Positions 1 through 13,007 of a DNA stretch of 64,000 bases are shown one piece after another. The stretch covers positions 21,015,648 through 21,079,647 of the forward strand of contig NC_092673.1 of NCBI RefSeq assembly GCF_964355755.1. Reading direction: 5' to 3'. The number at the start of each line of letters is the position of its first letter. The stretch's first letter is position 1. The position numbers and the translations under genes are program-made. Source of the DNA: Antedon mediterranea (lineage: Eukaryota; Animalia; Echinodermata). Under the pieces are notes generated by a model. It saw only the letters and a list, made by a program, of their open reading frames with translations, ran no database searches and was not told where the DNA came from.

Positions 1-1101
1 CGATCATACGGTCTATATAAAAATTATAATTTTGAAATAAATTGTTTATTTAGCGCTATGGAGAAGAAACACCTAGTAAACTAGCAAAAGATTTTTATAA
101 TTGCTAGCTAGTTAAAAATGTCAAAACTTGCTACAACAAATTTGCTAGTTACAGTAGATATTTACAACTAACAAAACAAAAAATATTGATATTAGTTAAT
201 TTACCAATAAAATGTATAGTAATTTCAACTTCAATATAATTTTGAATATAATTTAAAGTATTATAGATACGGGAAATCAACAGAAAACATTAAAACAGTA
301 GAAACTTAAAATTATACATGATATTACCAGGGTTGTTATTACTATTTGAACTAGTTATGAATAGAAAGAGGAAGTGAGCGATGATCACATGCTGTGAACT
401 CTTGACCTTATAGTTGTATTAGAAAAAAAATCAAGCTCATATGTTTATGCAGCTCACCAAAATGGATTGTGATTTATAGGAGGAATTCCAAAGTACATTA
501 CAGCTATCTTAAGCTGTGTTTTATACAACAACCTAAATTTGAACACTTCTTTAATTTTTAATATGCAAAACAAGCAAAATTAAGACAAGTAGCCTTTTTC
601 ACAATTATAATCACCTTAAAACAGAATCTCTACAATGAAATGATGACGCTACTACGTTGGATGGCTCCCTCTTGAGGGCGTGGTTACGGATGCGTGCATT
701 ATCCGATAGGGGTGCTATGTTATATATACACAGATTTTTCTTTTTCGTAAATTGTATCCTCTCTTCGGAGAGAGAGGCTATATTGTCGGTTTATCCAGGT
801 AAGCAGGCACGAAATAGACTCTACAATGTTATACGCCACACTTCTTGTAGGCGTGTTGAATGCATGTAATATTAATAGCATGTTGTATAAACGCACCCTA
901 AGTTGGAGTTGCGAATCAATATAAAGAATATAAAATACTATAATGTTAATTAAATATCTCATTTTTGTGATATTAAAAAAAAGTAATAATGTAAAGTGAT
1001 AGGTTGATGAGAAAATAACATTTTTTTAAATTATCTACAGTACAATCTTGTAATTTATGGTAATTTAATCTCATTATATAATAAAAGAATAAATTAATTA
1101 C

Positions 1102-4100
1102 CTGAGAGGCTACAGCTCGTCTGAGATCAGAAACCATTAATGTTAAGCTGGAGACAAATACAAAGCCTAAGGCAGTTCCATCTTTCGTAATAATTCCAAC
1201 TCTAGGCCGATCTACTGACAGAGATGATAATAATTAGATAAATATTTAATTACCATCTTTAATGAGGGTGGCCTAACAGTTCCATAAGATATTAAAGATG
1301 TATTTCCCAAAAAAACATGAAAAATGAAGATTAATAAAATCAGATTTTGAATAATGTAGGTCATTTTGCAGTTTATTCCTCTTTCCATAGAAAAAAAAAC
1401 AAAAATAATAATTTCAGTTATAAAAAGACATAAAATTGGTTAAATTAAAGAACTCATTGTCTGACAGGCAATGGGATTCCGTTTTAAATTATGATATATA
1501 TATATATATTTTTTTTAATCTAATTTTTACAAAAAAAAATCTTTTTTCAGGGGGGAAAATATGAAAAGGCAATCAGTCCATCACAACTAAATAAAATGCA
1601 TTTGTATAAGAAAGTAGGAGTTGTAGTTACAGTATATCTTAGTATTTCTTGGTAAATTATCATGAACTAAATTAGCAAAGAATCACTAAATAGTTTAAGT
1701 TAATATAAAACAAACCAAGGCAAGCCATTTCAATAAATAATATGTCCAATGGTTTCATTTCTGTATCAATGAATTGATAAACTATGGTTATACTAGCAAA
1801 CAAAGTATCACTGATATATAATGTTTGATTTAAAGTTTGATGAAAATAATACTAATTACTGTATTAAAAGTCTTGCAGGACCTCAAAAACAAAAACATTT
1901 ACTTACCAAATCCAGGCTGAATTTTAATGACGCCGTTTTCATTGATAAGATGTTGAATTTTAATTAGAGCTTCTTGTATTGATGCTACAGGCCATCTGAT
2001 TGAATACAAATGAGATAAAGGCTGATGACAACAAATTATTTGCTTCAAAAGTGAAGCCTTGTCTACACTATCAAACTTTATGTGCAAAAAAATGTGATGT
2101 GGCCATATATGGACATGATGATGTTATATCACTACCATAATTGGGCGTCTTGCATGCTATATTGGAAGACAACAATCATCTTCTTCATAACGACATTATC
2201 GGCTCCGTTATCGTTAAAAGTTGGTAAGATGAGGATGGTGAACGTGCAGACGGACCGTTACAAGTACTCGTTCTACCCAGCTGGGATACAAAAGATTTGT
2301 TAGATAGTTCTTTCTTCCCCTTATATTCATTTTAGGCAAGCCAAGATAATTTATGATGTAATTTTCATTTATATTGGACAATAACATGTATCTGTATATC
2401 ACTACCATATTTGGGCACATCACACTTTTTTTGTCAAACTAGTTTGATAGTGTAGACAGAGCTTTAAAGCGTTTAATTCACTGGAGTTTGAATCATGGCA
2501 GAGCACAGAATATGGCTGCATCACGTCGGCCAATTAGATTAGATACGCCTGTGTTTCAGTAGATTAATCAAGAAATTATTTAATGAATTGCGATAAAAAT
2601 ATCCTCCTGTAAATATCTTCTGATGTGGTTGTATTGTACTTTATTTTAGGTCTTTATAAGTACAATATACTAAATTTTGTTTTTGAACAGTGACCCGCAT
2701 TCTGAGTACAGCTGTCACGAGTTAAAATCATCTTAACTAAAGCACTGGACTTAATTTGGTCAAATTAACCGAGTTGCTGACCAAGAAAAGTCCATTATGA
2801 CCACTGGCTACAATTCTCACATGGTTAGATTAACCAAGTCCAATGGTTACTTCTACCGACCACTGCCTGCCCAGTGTATATACTAGTTCTACTTTCCATA
2901 GTCTCTCTGTAAAACTATTACAGTACTATGACTAAAAAGTACAATCCGAAGTGTGACTCGGGTTAACACATGACATTCACCATGTGAGTCAATCGGTTTT
3001 TTTTCCCAGTAAATTTCAGAAAAATCAAGGTAAAACAAACTGCACAAAAATATCCAAGTGCGAAAAATGGTTAAATGTTCCGATGACATTGGGTAAAGTT
3101 ACTGTGGTTAAATTATAAGGAAGTGATCATGTCATGTCTTTTACCCTTGTTTGGTATAGAACTTGAAAGATTGTGGAAGTGTATCCAATTGCACGTGCAT
3201 GAGTCCTCTCATTGACTGCGCCGTAGTAGATATGTTCGCTAAAATAAATCCTAACATTGTCTCTGCATCGTTGCTAGTCTGCTGGGCGATCGTTTCACTT
3301 GTGACGCATATGCCAACAAGTACATCATCCCCACTGGCTAGAGTACCATTGCTTTCTTCTGTGGAATAAAGATTGACTACAGTGTAGTAATAATGCACAG
3401 TATTTACTGTACCTTCATCCTAGGACTTTTTTTTTATTTGCATAAGATCGACTTTTACCTTTATTTTTAGAACTTAATATTTGATATATTAATAATATAT
3501 ATATATTTTTTGTAGTGTACTTTGAATTGATTGCTATTAATATTAATGTTCTCTGAGATTTCGATGATATTTATGATATGATGATATTTTTAATTCAAAT
3601 CAAACTACAATTAAAATTTGAAGTAAAAAGGTAAAAGCTAAAAAGGTTCAAATCAAAGTCATGAAAAGGGTTGCCGGGTATAGGGTTTATGATAATGTAC
3701 ATAATGTTATAAAATATTTTTTTGATTTATAAAATACTGATTAGGTTATTCCGAAACTGAAGACTGCTATCTGTGACAAGTGATGTTTTGTTTTTATTGT
3801 TGACGGGTTGCAATGAATGGAAATTTAAAGTTTAATAATATTTTTACTGATTTTAACTTGTTTCTGGAAAGAAAAATATAGGTTTTAATACTAAAAGCAT
3901 GTTAATAACATCCCTTTATATCATATTCATATCACCACATAAAAATGGCAGTCAATCATAGTTCATACGCCTAATTAATATTCATAGAATAGAAACTTTC
4001 TCTCTTCCACCCTCTCTCCCCCGAAGTTTGAAAAGTCATCAAACCCGGATTAATATTTCAGCTAGGCCTAACCTAGGTAGTTAGCTAGCCAAGCCTACTA

Positions 4101-4293
4101 CTTATTACAGATGATAGCCTACTAGCCTAGCTACTAGGTCTACATAGCCTACACTACACATTACATGATTGAACACCGTCCACACGTAGTTTAGGGCCTA
4201 TCCGCCTAGCTAGCTAGGCTTTTTCAGAAATTATATATTATATTTTTGGGTGTTTAAAAGCTGAAACTTACCAGGTGGAAGCGCTTCTGCCAT
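1102..4293 (-). CDS. Unidentified protein with a repeated, probably ubiquitin-like domain; 5' part only, gene continues past the window start
   Basis: Phase-consistent GT-AG exons 4293-4272, 3358-3145, 1995-1907, 1211-1102 give MAEALPPEESNG...VLVGICV...MLGFILANISTTAQSMRGLMHVQLDTLPQSFKFYTKQGWPVASIQEALIKIQHLINENGVIKIQPGFDRPRVGIITKDGTALGFVFVSSLTLMVSDLRRAVASQ. No stop codon reached. Confidence 0.75.
2054..2465. mobile_element. Harbinger-type MITE (family A) with an inserted LINE 3' fragment
   Basis: Ends TGTCTACACTATCAAAC...GTTTGATAGTGTAGACAGAGC. Insert ~2147-2393 encodes LEDNNHLLH / GKMRMVNVQTDRYKYSFYP and is flanked by duplicated TATATCACTACCATAWTTGGGC. Confidence 0.75.
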
Positions 4294-4830
4294 CTTAAAA
4301 GTTCGACGGGAAATGACAACAATGATTCCACATTACACGTTCCGGAAAAAACGGCATATAAAGATGACAATATAATCCCCAAAAAATCATGTACATCCCC
4401 TTTTTACCACCACCGCTCTTTGATTCATGTGCCGACGACGATCAAAACACAATACACGCCCTCTATCAAACATTGCAAAAACGTTGGTAGCGTCCCATAC
4501 CTCTTTTTCCTCCGTATGTCGTCTGCTGATAACTTTTAATTTATTTGTTTTTAAAAAATTGAATAATTCTGAAGAATATAGAATATATGTAAATATAAAT
4601 AGTTTAAATAATATTTCATATACAAATTATATACCTTTGTTTGTTTAATATGAATATTGATTAAGTTATGTAAATATGATATTTACATAGAAAGAAAATT
4701 AAATAAAGCCAATACACGTTCCCATCATGCACTTGTTCATCCAGGGATCTCTTATTTCTTGTTTGATGAAATGGAATGTTTTGGGCTAAATAAAATTATA
4801 TATTTTGGATTAAATCACTATTAAAGTGGG
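4294..4830. promoter_or_regulatory. Putative bidirectional promoter between gene 1 (-) and the BTB-ZF gene (+)
   Basis: Divergent genes. CpG-enriched patch at ~4300-4525, ETS-like TTCCGGAA at ~4340, YY1-like AAGATGGC overlapping the gene 1 ATG, candidate 5'UTR donor GG|gtatgt at ~4830. Confidence 0.45.
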
Positions 4831-5566
4831 TATGTTTAGGTTTTCTCAATAAAAGGCTGACCTCTTTATTTTATATTTATGAATTTAGTTCTTATTTTTC
4901 TCTGGTTATTGTAAGATTTTGACAGAAATGGGATAGTATCTTAGTGAACAATTCTTTGCAGGGGGTGAAAAATGAGGGTGTATCCCTTGTAAAAAAGTAA
5001 ACCAAAATAAAAGAAAACACAATTTAAAACGTGTGCACTGTATGATCAAACATATAATACTGTGTAAACCGCGTTACATTCTCTAAGGATGATTGAGTGA
5101 TTTTAGGAAACCGTATTCCCGTAAGGTATTCCTGTATAATTTGGGATAAAGTTGTGGAGCTAGGCTAGGCCTAACTAAATAATACAGATTAGTAGGCCTT
5201 CTAGTAGGAAGTATAAGCGGTGTAGTAGTGTGGCAGTAGTGTAGTAGCTTATCAAGCTCGGCCAGGCCGCCGGTGGAGGTACTGTACACATTACATTACT
5301 TTCTGAATGAATTTGATATTGTGTGAATCTTGCTCAATGAAACACTATCTAGCCTAACTATCCCCTAATATTAGTATTAATAAAAGTAGGCCTTGTTATT
5401 ATGTTAAACTATTTTTGTTTATTAAAATATTGATATTTTCAATTGGTATTAATAATAATATAAATTCATTCATTTTCACTTCCACATTCAACATACATCT
5501 TAAATTAATCAAGCCTATTAATAATATTTATCTTTTTTTATTCTTCATTCTCAACAGAGCTTCAAT

Positions 5567-8500
5567 ATGACTGCGAATCCAGCAGCCAGCTCTCTTCAGA
5601 TCACAAGACAAGGTGATGGCAGCTTCATGTACGAGTTCAGTGCTCATGGCCAACAGGTTTTAAACACCCTCAATAGCTGCCGAAACAGTCCAGACTTGAC
5701 AGACATCACAATAGCTGTCTCCAATGAAGTGTTCAGGGCTCACAAACCGGTGTTGATTGCATGTAGTGATTATTTCAGAAATTTTTTCGCTGTTCAGAAA
5801 CCGGAAAATCCACAACAGGTCTATTAACTTTTTTGTACTCATCTCATTAATATTGTTATACAAGATGTATACTTCTTAGGAAATTGATTTTAATGCGCCC
5901 TGTTATCTGAGCAATCTCTTACGGGTGTATAGATGTGCTAAGAGAGGCCTGAGGTCCGAGATAGATCACACTAGATTGGATCACTGTCTCGAAAAGCGAA
6001 CCTCTGGAAATAATACTTTCTCAAAATTTGGACCGGTGATGTGGAACGAACTCCCGTCTGTGATCCGGGAACAAACCACGGTTTTAAAATTAAAAAGTGA
6101 CTCATTGTTGGGTCTGCTGATGTAAAGCGCTTTGATCATTTTATACTAATTTGGAAAAGCGCTATATAAATAAAATAATAATAATAATTTGAAAGAATTA
6201 TATTATTAATATTATTCATATGTTGATTTGTGATGATTATTTTGTCATGCATTTTTATAGGTATTGGAGCTTAGCAACATAAACCTCACAGGTTTCCAAT
6301 TGTTCTTGGACTTTGCATATACATCTCGCCTCTCATTGTCCATGGAAGTGGTGCAGGATGTATTATCCGCTGCAGTCGTCCTCAAAGCATCTTCCGTAAT
6401 GGAAGCATGCTGTGAGTTTCTAAAATCCCAGCTGACGGCAGACAATTGCGTTGATGTTATCACGATTGCCGAGACCTACGGGCTTGCCGAGATCAAGCGA
6501 CAGGCTAACCGCATGATGTGTGAAAGACTGATAGAGTTGTCACAAACGTATAAACAGAACCCACAGGTTTATGAAGAACCTATTGATGATGAACTGGCTG
6601 ATGGTAAAATAACATTGTTATAATCATAAACAAAATATTTTTGATATAATCATTTTTCTTCTACAAAAATTCCTTTTTTTTTTTTCAGATGACCGTCAAC
6701 TCTCCCAATACCAGACACCTTTGGGCTGGCCAAATATGTCTGGTTTTCCAGAAAGTCTGGTATTTAGAATGTGTTTTTAATGGTGAAAATGAATGTGGGA
6801 CTGTTTGAACTTCAAGAAAAGTCTGGTATTAAGAGAGTTTCCGGTTTTTAGAGAGTCTGGGAATTAGGAGCGTTGACTCTAATTACTCTATAATTATCAT
6901 CGTACCAAATATAGAAAAAAATTACATTTTGTATCTATTGATTTGCTTATTACCTTACTGTAAAAAACAAATGTCGAAAATGAAATTTTAAGATGTGCTT
7001 TTACACCTATGTTATTGTCAATTGTATTTAAATTCTTCGATTGATAAATTAGAGATACTCTGTAAGGTACTGAATGTGAAAATGTCAAAAATAAAATTTT
7101 AAGATGGGCTTTTACACCTAAGGTATTTTCAATTGCATTTAAATTCTTCAATATGATAAATCAGAGATAGCCTACTCTGTAATGTACTGAATGTGCATAA
7201 ATAATCAGTACATATTTTAAAACATCTGGTGTATCATATTAATTGCCTGATTGTTGTGTGATTGTTTCATTATGAAATGTTATTTATACTGTTGTATATT
7301 ATTGTTCTTACAGTTAGTACACAGTTAGCTAGAAAGTATCCGCTTCCATTAACAGTAAATGTCCGCAAAAATCTACCAGATTTTCTTGACCAACCACCAA
7401 CAGAGATAATAGATATGGAAGCTGCCGTTCCATCACCATTAAGTTCAGATCCAGACATAGCTGAAACTTATAATGAGGAAGCTGAATTACCAATTGTTGA
7501 ATTACCACAGGAGGAAAATAACGTCGTCGATGAACCACCCAAGCAAAATATACGTAAAAAGCGCGGAAGGAAAGCCCTGCATCGTACAATCAATGTGGCG
7601 AAAGTTCAGAGAGCGTTAAAAGTGAAAAAAGATGCCGTGAAACTGAACAATGAGAAACGAGTCTATAGTTGTAAGTTTTGCAATAGCGCATACAGTAAGT
7701 TACGTGAATTACGATTGCACTATGGCGAAGCACATTCGCGCTGTACCAAATGCACTAGAGTTTTTCGATTCGCAGCTGATATGGAACGCCATATGAAATC
7801 CCATCAGCGACGGGATTTTAGCCAAGGTCCTAAACGTTATGTGTGCACATATTGTGGTCGCAACTGTGGATATTCATCTGCATTGAAGATACATATACGC
7901 ACACACACTGGTGAAAAACCTTTTGTTTGTCAATTTTGCGATCAGCGTTTCATTCAATCTATCAATTTAAGAAGACACATTCTTACAAATCATGAAAAAG
8001 AAACGCCTTATGAATGCAAAACTTGTGGAAAAAAGTTCAGTGTATACGTATATTTAAAGAGTCATGAGGTCGTACATAGCAGCGAACGGCCATACCAGTG
8101 TGAGACCTGTGGTGCAATGTTTAAACGTAAGAGCGATCTACGTAGTCATAATCGAGTTCACGTGGAGGATAAACCGCATAAATGTGAAATTTGTCAATCT
8201 CATTTCAAGACGCAAAGCGACTTAAAGACCCATCAGTTGATACATAATGATGACAAGCCACATAAATGTGAAAAATGCGGTGCAAGTTTTAAAAGGACTG
8301 GTCATTTGAATCGTCACATGCAAATTCACAGCAGCCAGAAACCTTTCCAGTGCGAAACATGTGGCGCACAATTTAACAGACGAGAGAATTTACGCAGTCA
8401 TCAACGTATCCACAGCGGTGAGCAGCCTTACAAATGTAAGGTTTGTAATGCAGTATTCCGTCACATGGGCAGTTTGAAGATGCACGAGAAAAACCATGAA

Positions 8501-9328
8501 GAATGTCGAAGGTACATGGAACTTTCTGAAAATGTATTTTCACTATCAACAACAACATTTATTTAGATACAATTCATGAAAGAAAAACAGCATTCATTAA
8601 TTACAACAACTTAAATGGTAACATTAAATAAGAATTGTTTCAGGGATCAGAAAAAGAAGTAAAAGAACTTGTCAAATACCAACCCCTAAAGCTTTTGATA
8701 TAATATATTATTAAAAGTATAGTGTGCAACAATCTATTTTTAAAATAATATTTCATGTTTGTTTTTTTGTTTCAGTCCCCCACCAACAGTTGTGTCGGAA
8801 GCAATTACTCTGAACCAAGATCAGATTAATACGTCGTCACTACAGCACATCACCCACCTTCTCACCATGCAGGGCTTGACTCAATTTCAAACTCATCCAA
8901 CTCAACAATTAGCCACAACTCAGCAGCTACACGGAGGCTTTTTACCACCTGCTGCTCCACAGGTCGACATGCCAAGTCCAGTTACAGTCACTGCATCTCC
9001 ACACTCCTTAACTTCATCCGCAACTGTATCTCTACAACCCTTGATGTCCATGTCAATCAATGCATCAGTAGCTGGTCCGGCATCTATGACACCAACACCA
9101 CCTCCACAGTCATTGAATCAAGCACCATCTCCAGGTTTAGGACAGTCTGTTCATGGCCAGCAGACGCTACATACTTTGAGCCCAACACCCCATATGTTGA
9201 GTCATGCTGCTATGACTGTTATACCACAGACACAGGTCATGATCCCTCAGCATTTACAACATCAAAATCAAGATGTTGGCATGGAGAACCACCATGTTCC
9301 TATAACAACATCTTATATCATGCCTTAA
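5567..9328 (+). CDS. BTB/POZ + 10 C2H2 zinc-finger protein (ZBTB-like), ~781 aa
   Basis: Exons 5567-5818, 6261-6603, 7314-8511, 8776-9328. BTB motifs LTDITIAV..FRAHKPVLIACSDYF and FLDFAYTS, basic KKRGRK motif, ten C2H2 fingers with HTGEKPF-type linkers, Q/P/H/S-rich tail. Confidence 0.92.
5930..6188 (+). mobile_element. LINE (L2/CR1-like) 3' end
   Basis: GNNTFSKFGPVMWNELPSVIR resembles an ORF2 C-terminus, followed by AAGCGCTTTG..AAGCGCTATATAAA and an (AAT)n tail. Confidence 0.75.
6692..6878. mobile_element. Tc1/pogo-like MITE (C(A/C)GTCAACTCTC ends)
   Basis: ccgtcaactctcccaat...ggagcgttgact. Related copy at ~43345-43513 ending gagttgactg|ta; fragments at ~33580 and ~33950. Confidence 0.6.
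6970..7196. repeat. Direct duplication of ~110 bp
   Basis: aatgtc(g/a)aaaat..ttttaagatg..tttacaccta..gtactgaatgtg occurs twice, at 6970 and 7081. Confidence 0.85.
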
Positions 9329-10142
9329 ATAACCAAAGCGGTTTTTAAGCATCACATTAAATAGGCAAAATATATTTGGCAGTAAAAAATAGTTTAGGGA
9401 GTTGATTAAAGATAACCACTATTAAAGATTGCTACTAACTAATTCAGTATTTTGCAAGCCTTGTTTTTACATGTTAAATAAACTATTGAGTTATTGTTTA
9501 AGGATTTATTACTTAAAACATTTGGTTGTAACTGATGCTAAAGATGAACACCATGTTGTGCGGACTCTTTTTTTTTTTATGTGTAAAGTGCATTAAATAT
9601 GTTTTAATTTATTCTATGAACAGAGAAAACAAAACAGCTCTTTAAATAGTAATTGTATATAGTAATTTTAATGAACTAAGTATTATTTTATTTAATACCA
9701 ACTTGTATAGGTTAATGTTTAATTTAATACTAAATTTTCATATTTATCTTATTTATATGTATTTGTGTCAAATCATGGATTTGTTGATTTCTAGAATTTA
9801 AATGAATTTAATACTAGAATATCTAAATGAATCATGAGCAGAAGAAATGATTCATAACTGTTTAAATCAGTTAAAATGCCATTTAAGTATGTGTGTGGTA
9901 TGGTTACATGGTTAAGGCTCTGTCTACAGTATCAAACTTTATGTGACAAAAAAATGTGATGTGCCCATATATGGACATGATCATGTCATATTACTACCAT
10001 ATTTGGGTACATCACACTTTTTTGAAGTAGACAGGGCTTCATTTTTCGAGGTGTGTGTTGAAATGAAACATGGGAAATAGTTTTAAAGAAGTCTTCAAAA
10101 TGTACAAATTCTTTACACAGGCATACATAAAAACATAGTATT

Positions 10143-10483
10143 GTGTCCATCAACCGGACCTTGTCCATCCACTGGACTGGATCCGTCCACTGGACTGGAT
10201 CCGTCCACTGGAATGTGTCTATTCCACTGGAATGTGTCTATTCCACTGGACTGAATCCGTTTACGGAACCGTGTCTATCCACTGGACTGGATCCATCCAC
10301 TGGACTGTGTCCATCCAGTGGATGGACTGTGTCCATCCAGTGGATGGACTGTGTCCATCCAGTGGATGGACTGTGTCCATCCAGTTGATGGACTGTGTCC
10401 ATCCAGTGGATGGACTGTGTCCATCCACTGGATGGACAGTGTCCATCCACTGGATGGACACAGTCCATCCACTGAACTGGACC
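10143..10483. repeat. 22-bp palindromic minisatellite (GTCCATCCAGTGGATGGACTGT)n
   Basis: Period 22 from ~10310; shorter 18-19 bp variants on the left; orientation flips near 10435. Confidence 0.93.
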
Positions 10484-11109
10484 CATGCTTGGTGTAAACA
10501 TAGCTTTAGTACTTGCCAGCATACATACAACTATCACTTGCTAATTTGTGCACAGTGAGCTTGAGAAAAATTAGCAGGGTCATAATTTATTATTACACCA
10601 TAAAGTGTGTAGTTTTTTTTTATTGTGAATTTGGGCTAAAACCAACATTGCATTGCATAAGTAAACCTGTTGAAACAGCCACTGACATAATTATAAAACT
10701 TTGTGATTGCATAGAAGTTGATTAGTGTATCATTTTGTATGCATTAAGCTGTAGGAGTTTCTAGTTAAACAATTTTAATGTTAACAACCAAGGTAGATTA
10801 TAAAAGTGTTGCGCATGTTCAAGAATATTGAATACAGTACAGTATTTATAAGGTTAATGGCTTTTTTAAAATATAAAAATAATATTTTTTTTTAGTTAAT
10901 ATTATCATAAATATAGTACCTCAATCACGAGAATCATTACTGAAATTCCTGGTGTAAGGGTTCACAAATGATGTTTTAGAATGTTTAAACAACTCATGTA
11001 AATATCTATGTAATGTTCAATAGAGTCGTACCAGGCAAAGGGTTTTTAATTGGTATTTATGTTATACCAAGTAGATATGGTGTGTATATTCAATTTCACC
11101 AAGCTCTTA

Positions 11110-11365
11110 GGGTATGTTCAGACTCATGGCGTTATGCAAGCGGCATACATATTTTTGTGTCTGAACTAGGGAGCTGTTACGCCGCGCCAGTGGTGTTAAT
11201 AACCCAAGCAGGAGAGGGTAGATTTAATAACGCTAATCCAGTGATGCATCAGTGATTTTAATCTTAAGCAATGAAAAGACACGACCACGGTTAGCAGGCC
11301 AACCATGGATTACTGTACGCCTTGCGTTGGATAACAAACCTAACGCCACGAGTCTGAACATACCT
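11110..11365. mobile_element. Harbinger-type MITE (family B)
   Basis: TIR GGTATGTTCAGACTC(A/G)TGGCGTTA at both ends, flanked by TTA...TTA. Confidence 0.8.
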
Positions 11366-11501
11366 TTAAACAGATTTACCGTGTGAAATGATTGGTGAAC
11401 AGGCAATGTTTAACAAACATATTCCTAGTGGTCATAACTTTTGAAATTTATGTTACAGTATTAATGACTTTCTAATTGCTGGAGTGTTGTCATAAGGGCA
11501 T

Positions 11502-11758
11502 AAGATGTATTGTCCCCCAAAAACTTGAAGATTAATTAAATCAGACTTTGAATAGGTTATTTTGTAGTTAATAAAGTTAATCACTTCCGTAGAAAAAGAA
11601 ATTTAAAAAATTGTGTTTTCACTTATTAAATAACATAATAAATGGTTAAATTACACCAATTTGATCATTTTTTGCTTTAAATTAAATTATTATGTGACAT
11701 TAAAATGGCATATTCAACAAACATTTTTTTTTTATTATTCAGGGGGACAATACATCAT
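11502..11758. mobile_element. Non-autonomous DNA transposon, Kolobok-like (TIR AGATGTATTGTCCCC, TTAA context)
   Basis: TIRs at both ends. Related copies at ~1296-1560 and 48495-48826; partial copies at ~15500-15670 (-), 27790-27875, 32950-33200. Confidence 0.7.
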
Positions 11759-11964
11759 TAAAATAGTCCTGTAGTTTATTCTCTTTTGTAACCAAAGCTT
11801 CTTTAATTAATAGTGTAATTTGTAAATAAACTGCTATCCAGTTTACTTGTTTACTTTTCACATCATTGACCTGTATTAATAGTAAAGTGCATTTCACTAT
11901 GGCTGGTTTTTTGACATAATAATTTCCACATTTCTGTAGCACCCTTTTTGATGAATAATCGTGC

Positions 11965-12190
11965 GCAAAGGCCGTTATTATAGCACATTATTACCCAGGT
12001 CATTTTTCGGATCAAACACGTATGGAAACATGCAGCTAATCTAACCTGTACCCATTTTATACACCTGGGTGGAGAGAGGCAAATGTAACTGTCTTGTCTA
12101 AGGATACAACCAATGCGGCGAGAGTTGGATTCGAACCACGATATCACTGTCAGTAATCCAGCGTTCAACACACTGCACCGCACGCCTACT
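11965..12190 (-). mobile_element. tRNA-derived SINE with CCACCCAGGTGTATAAATGGG core
   Basis: A/B-box head (GGTTCGAATCC at ~12127-12137, minus strand) plus conserved core; second copy at ~33645-33905 (-). Confidence 0.75.
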
Positions 12191-13007
12191 CACATGTTGA
12201 CCTACCCACTAAAGCAATAATTTGAAGCCAACTTTACCCTATGGTTGTTTCATACAGACAAATTCAATTTGAAAAATGTTTTCTTTATTCATAAACAAAC
12301 ATTATTTTAACATAAAATAATAAATACCGTATATTAGTAATAATAAATAAAGGCTGCTACCAAAATAAACAGTTCAAACATTTGTGTTAGTAAATTTTAA
12401 CGTTATAACCTCTAAAATAAAAATCAACAAAACTCAATACCAAATGTTAACTTAAATTTAAAATAAATGAAAAAAAGTCTTTCTTTCAAAACATATTTAC
12501 CCCAAAAATACTGCGTTCAAATACAGTTGAAAAATATCTTCTGAAAACATAAACTAAACAATTATAAACACATTACCACCTATATCTTAGTTTCATAAAA
12601 GAAATAAACTTTATATTTATTTATATATATATATCTTTGTCAGATAATGTAAAATATATAACTATTCTAAAACATTATAAAATATTATACACGTTAAGAA
12701 ACTGCAGTGTTTAATATTGCTTTTATAAAAGTACTTATAAAAACTTTTTTTTTCTTTTATGGATTGTTTTTAGATATAGATATTATATTTACTATATAAT
12801 TAAAATTTTACACACTTCGGTAAATCTTTTTTCTGTTAAAATACATAATTTAAAATATTTCTTCTAAAAAAAAAACTAGATAAACCGGTCAAATTGAAAA
12901 TGCTTTTAATAAAAAAAATCTTTAAAACGTTGTATATCCAAGTAAATTTGTGGGATATACTACAGAGTATAACCTATTTCTCACAACAATTTTGTGAAAT
13001 TCACCTC

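Noticed and set aside
458-532. Possible next exon of gene 1 (tttag...|gtgagc, minus strand)
   Set aside because: The required phase-0 frame hits TAA after three codons; not supported.
10143-10558. Overlapping ORFs with WMDCVHPVDG repeats on both strands
   Set aside because: Artefact of a stop-free 22-bp palindromic minisatellite; no splice or domain support.
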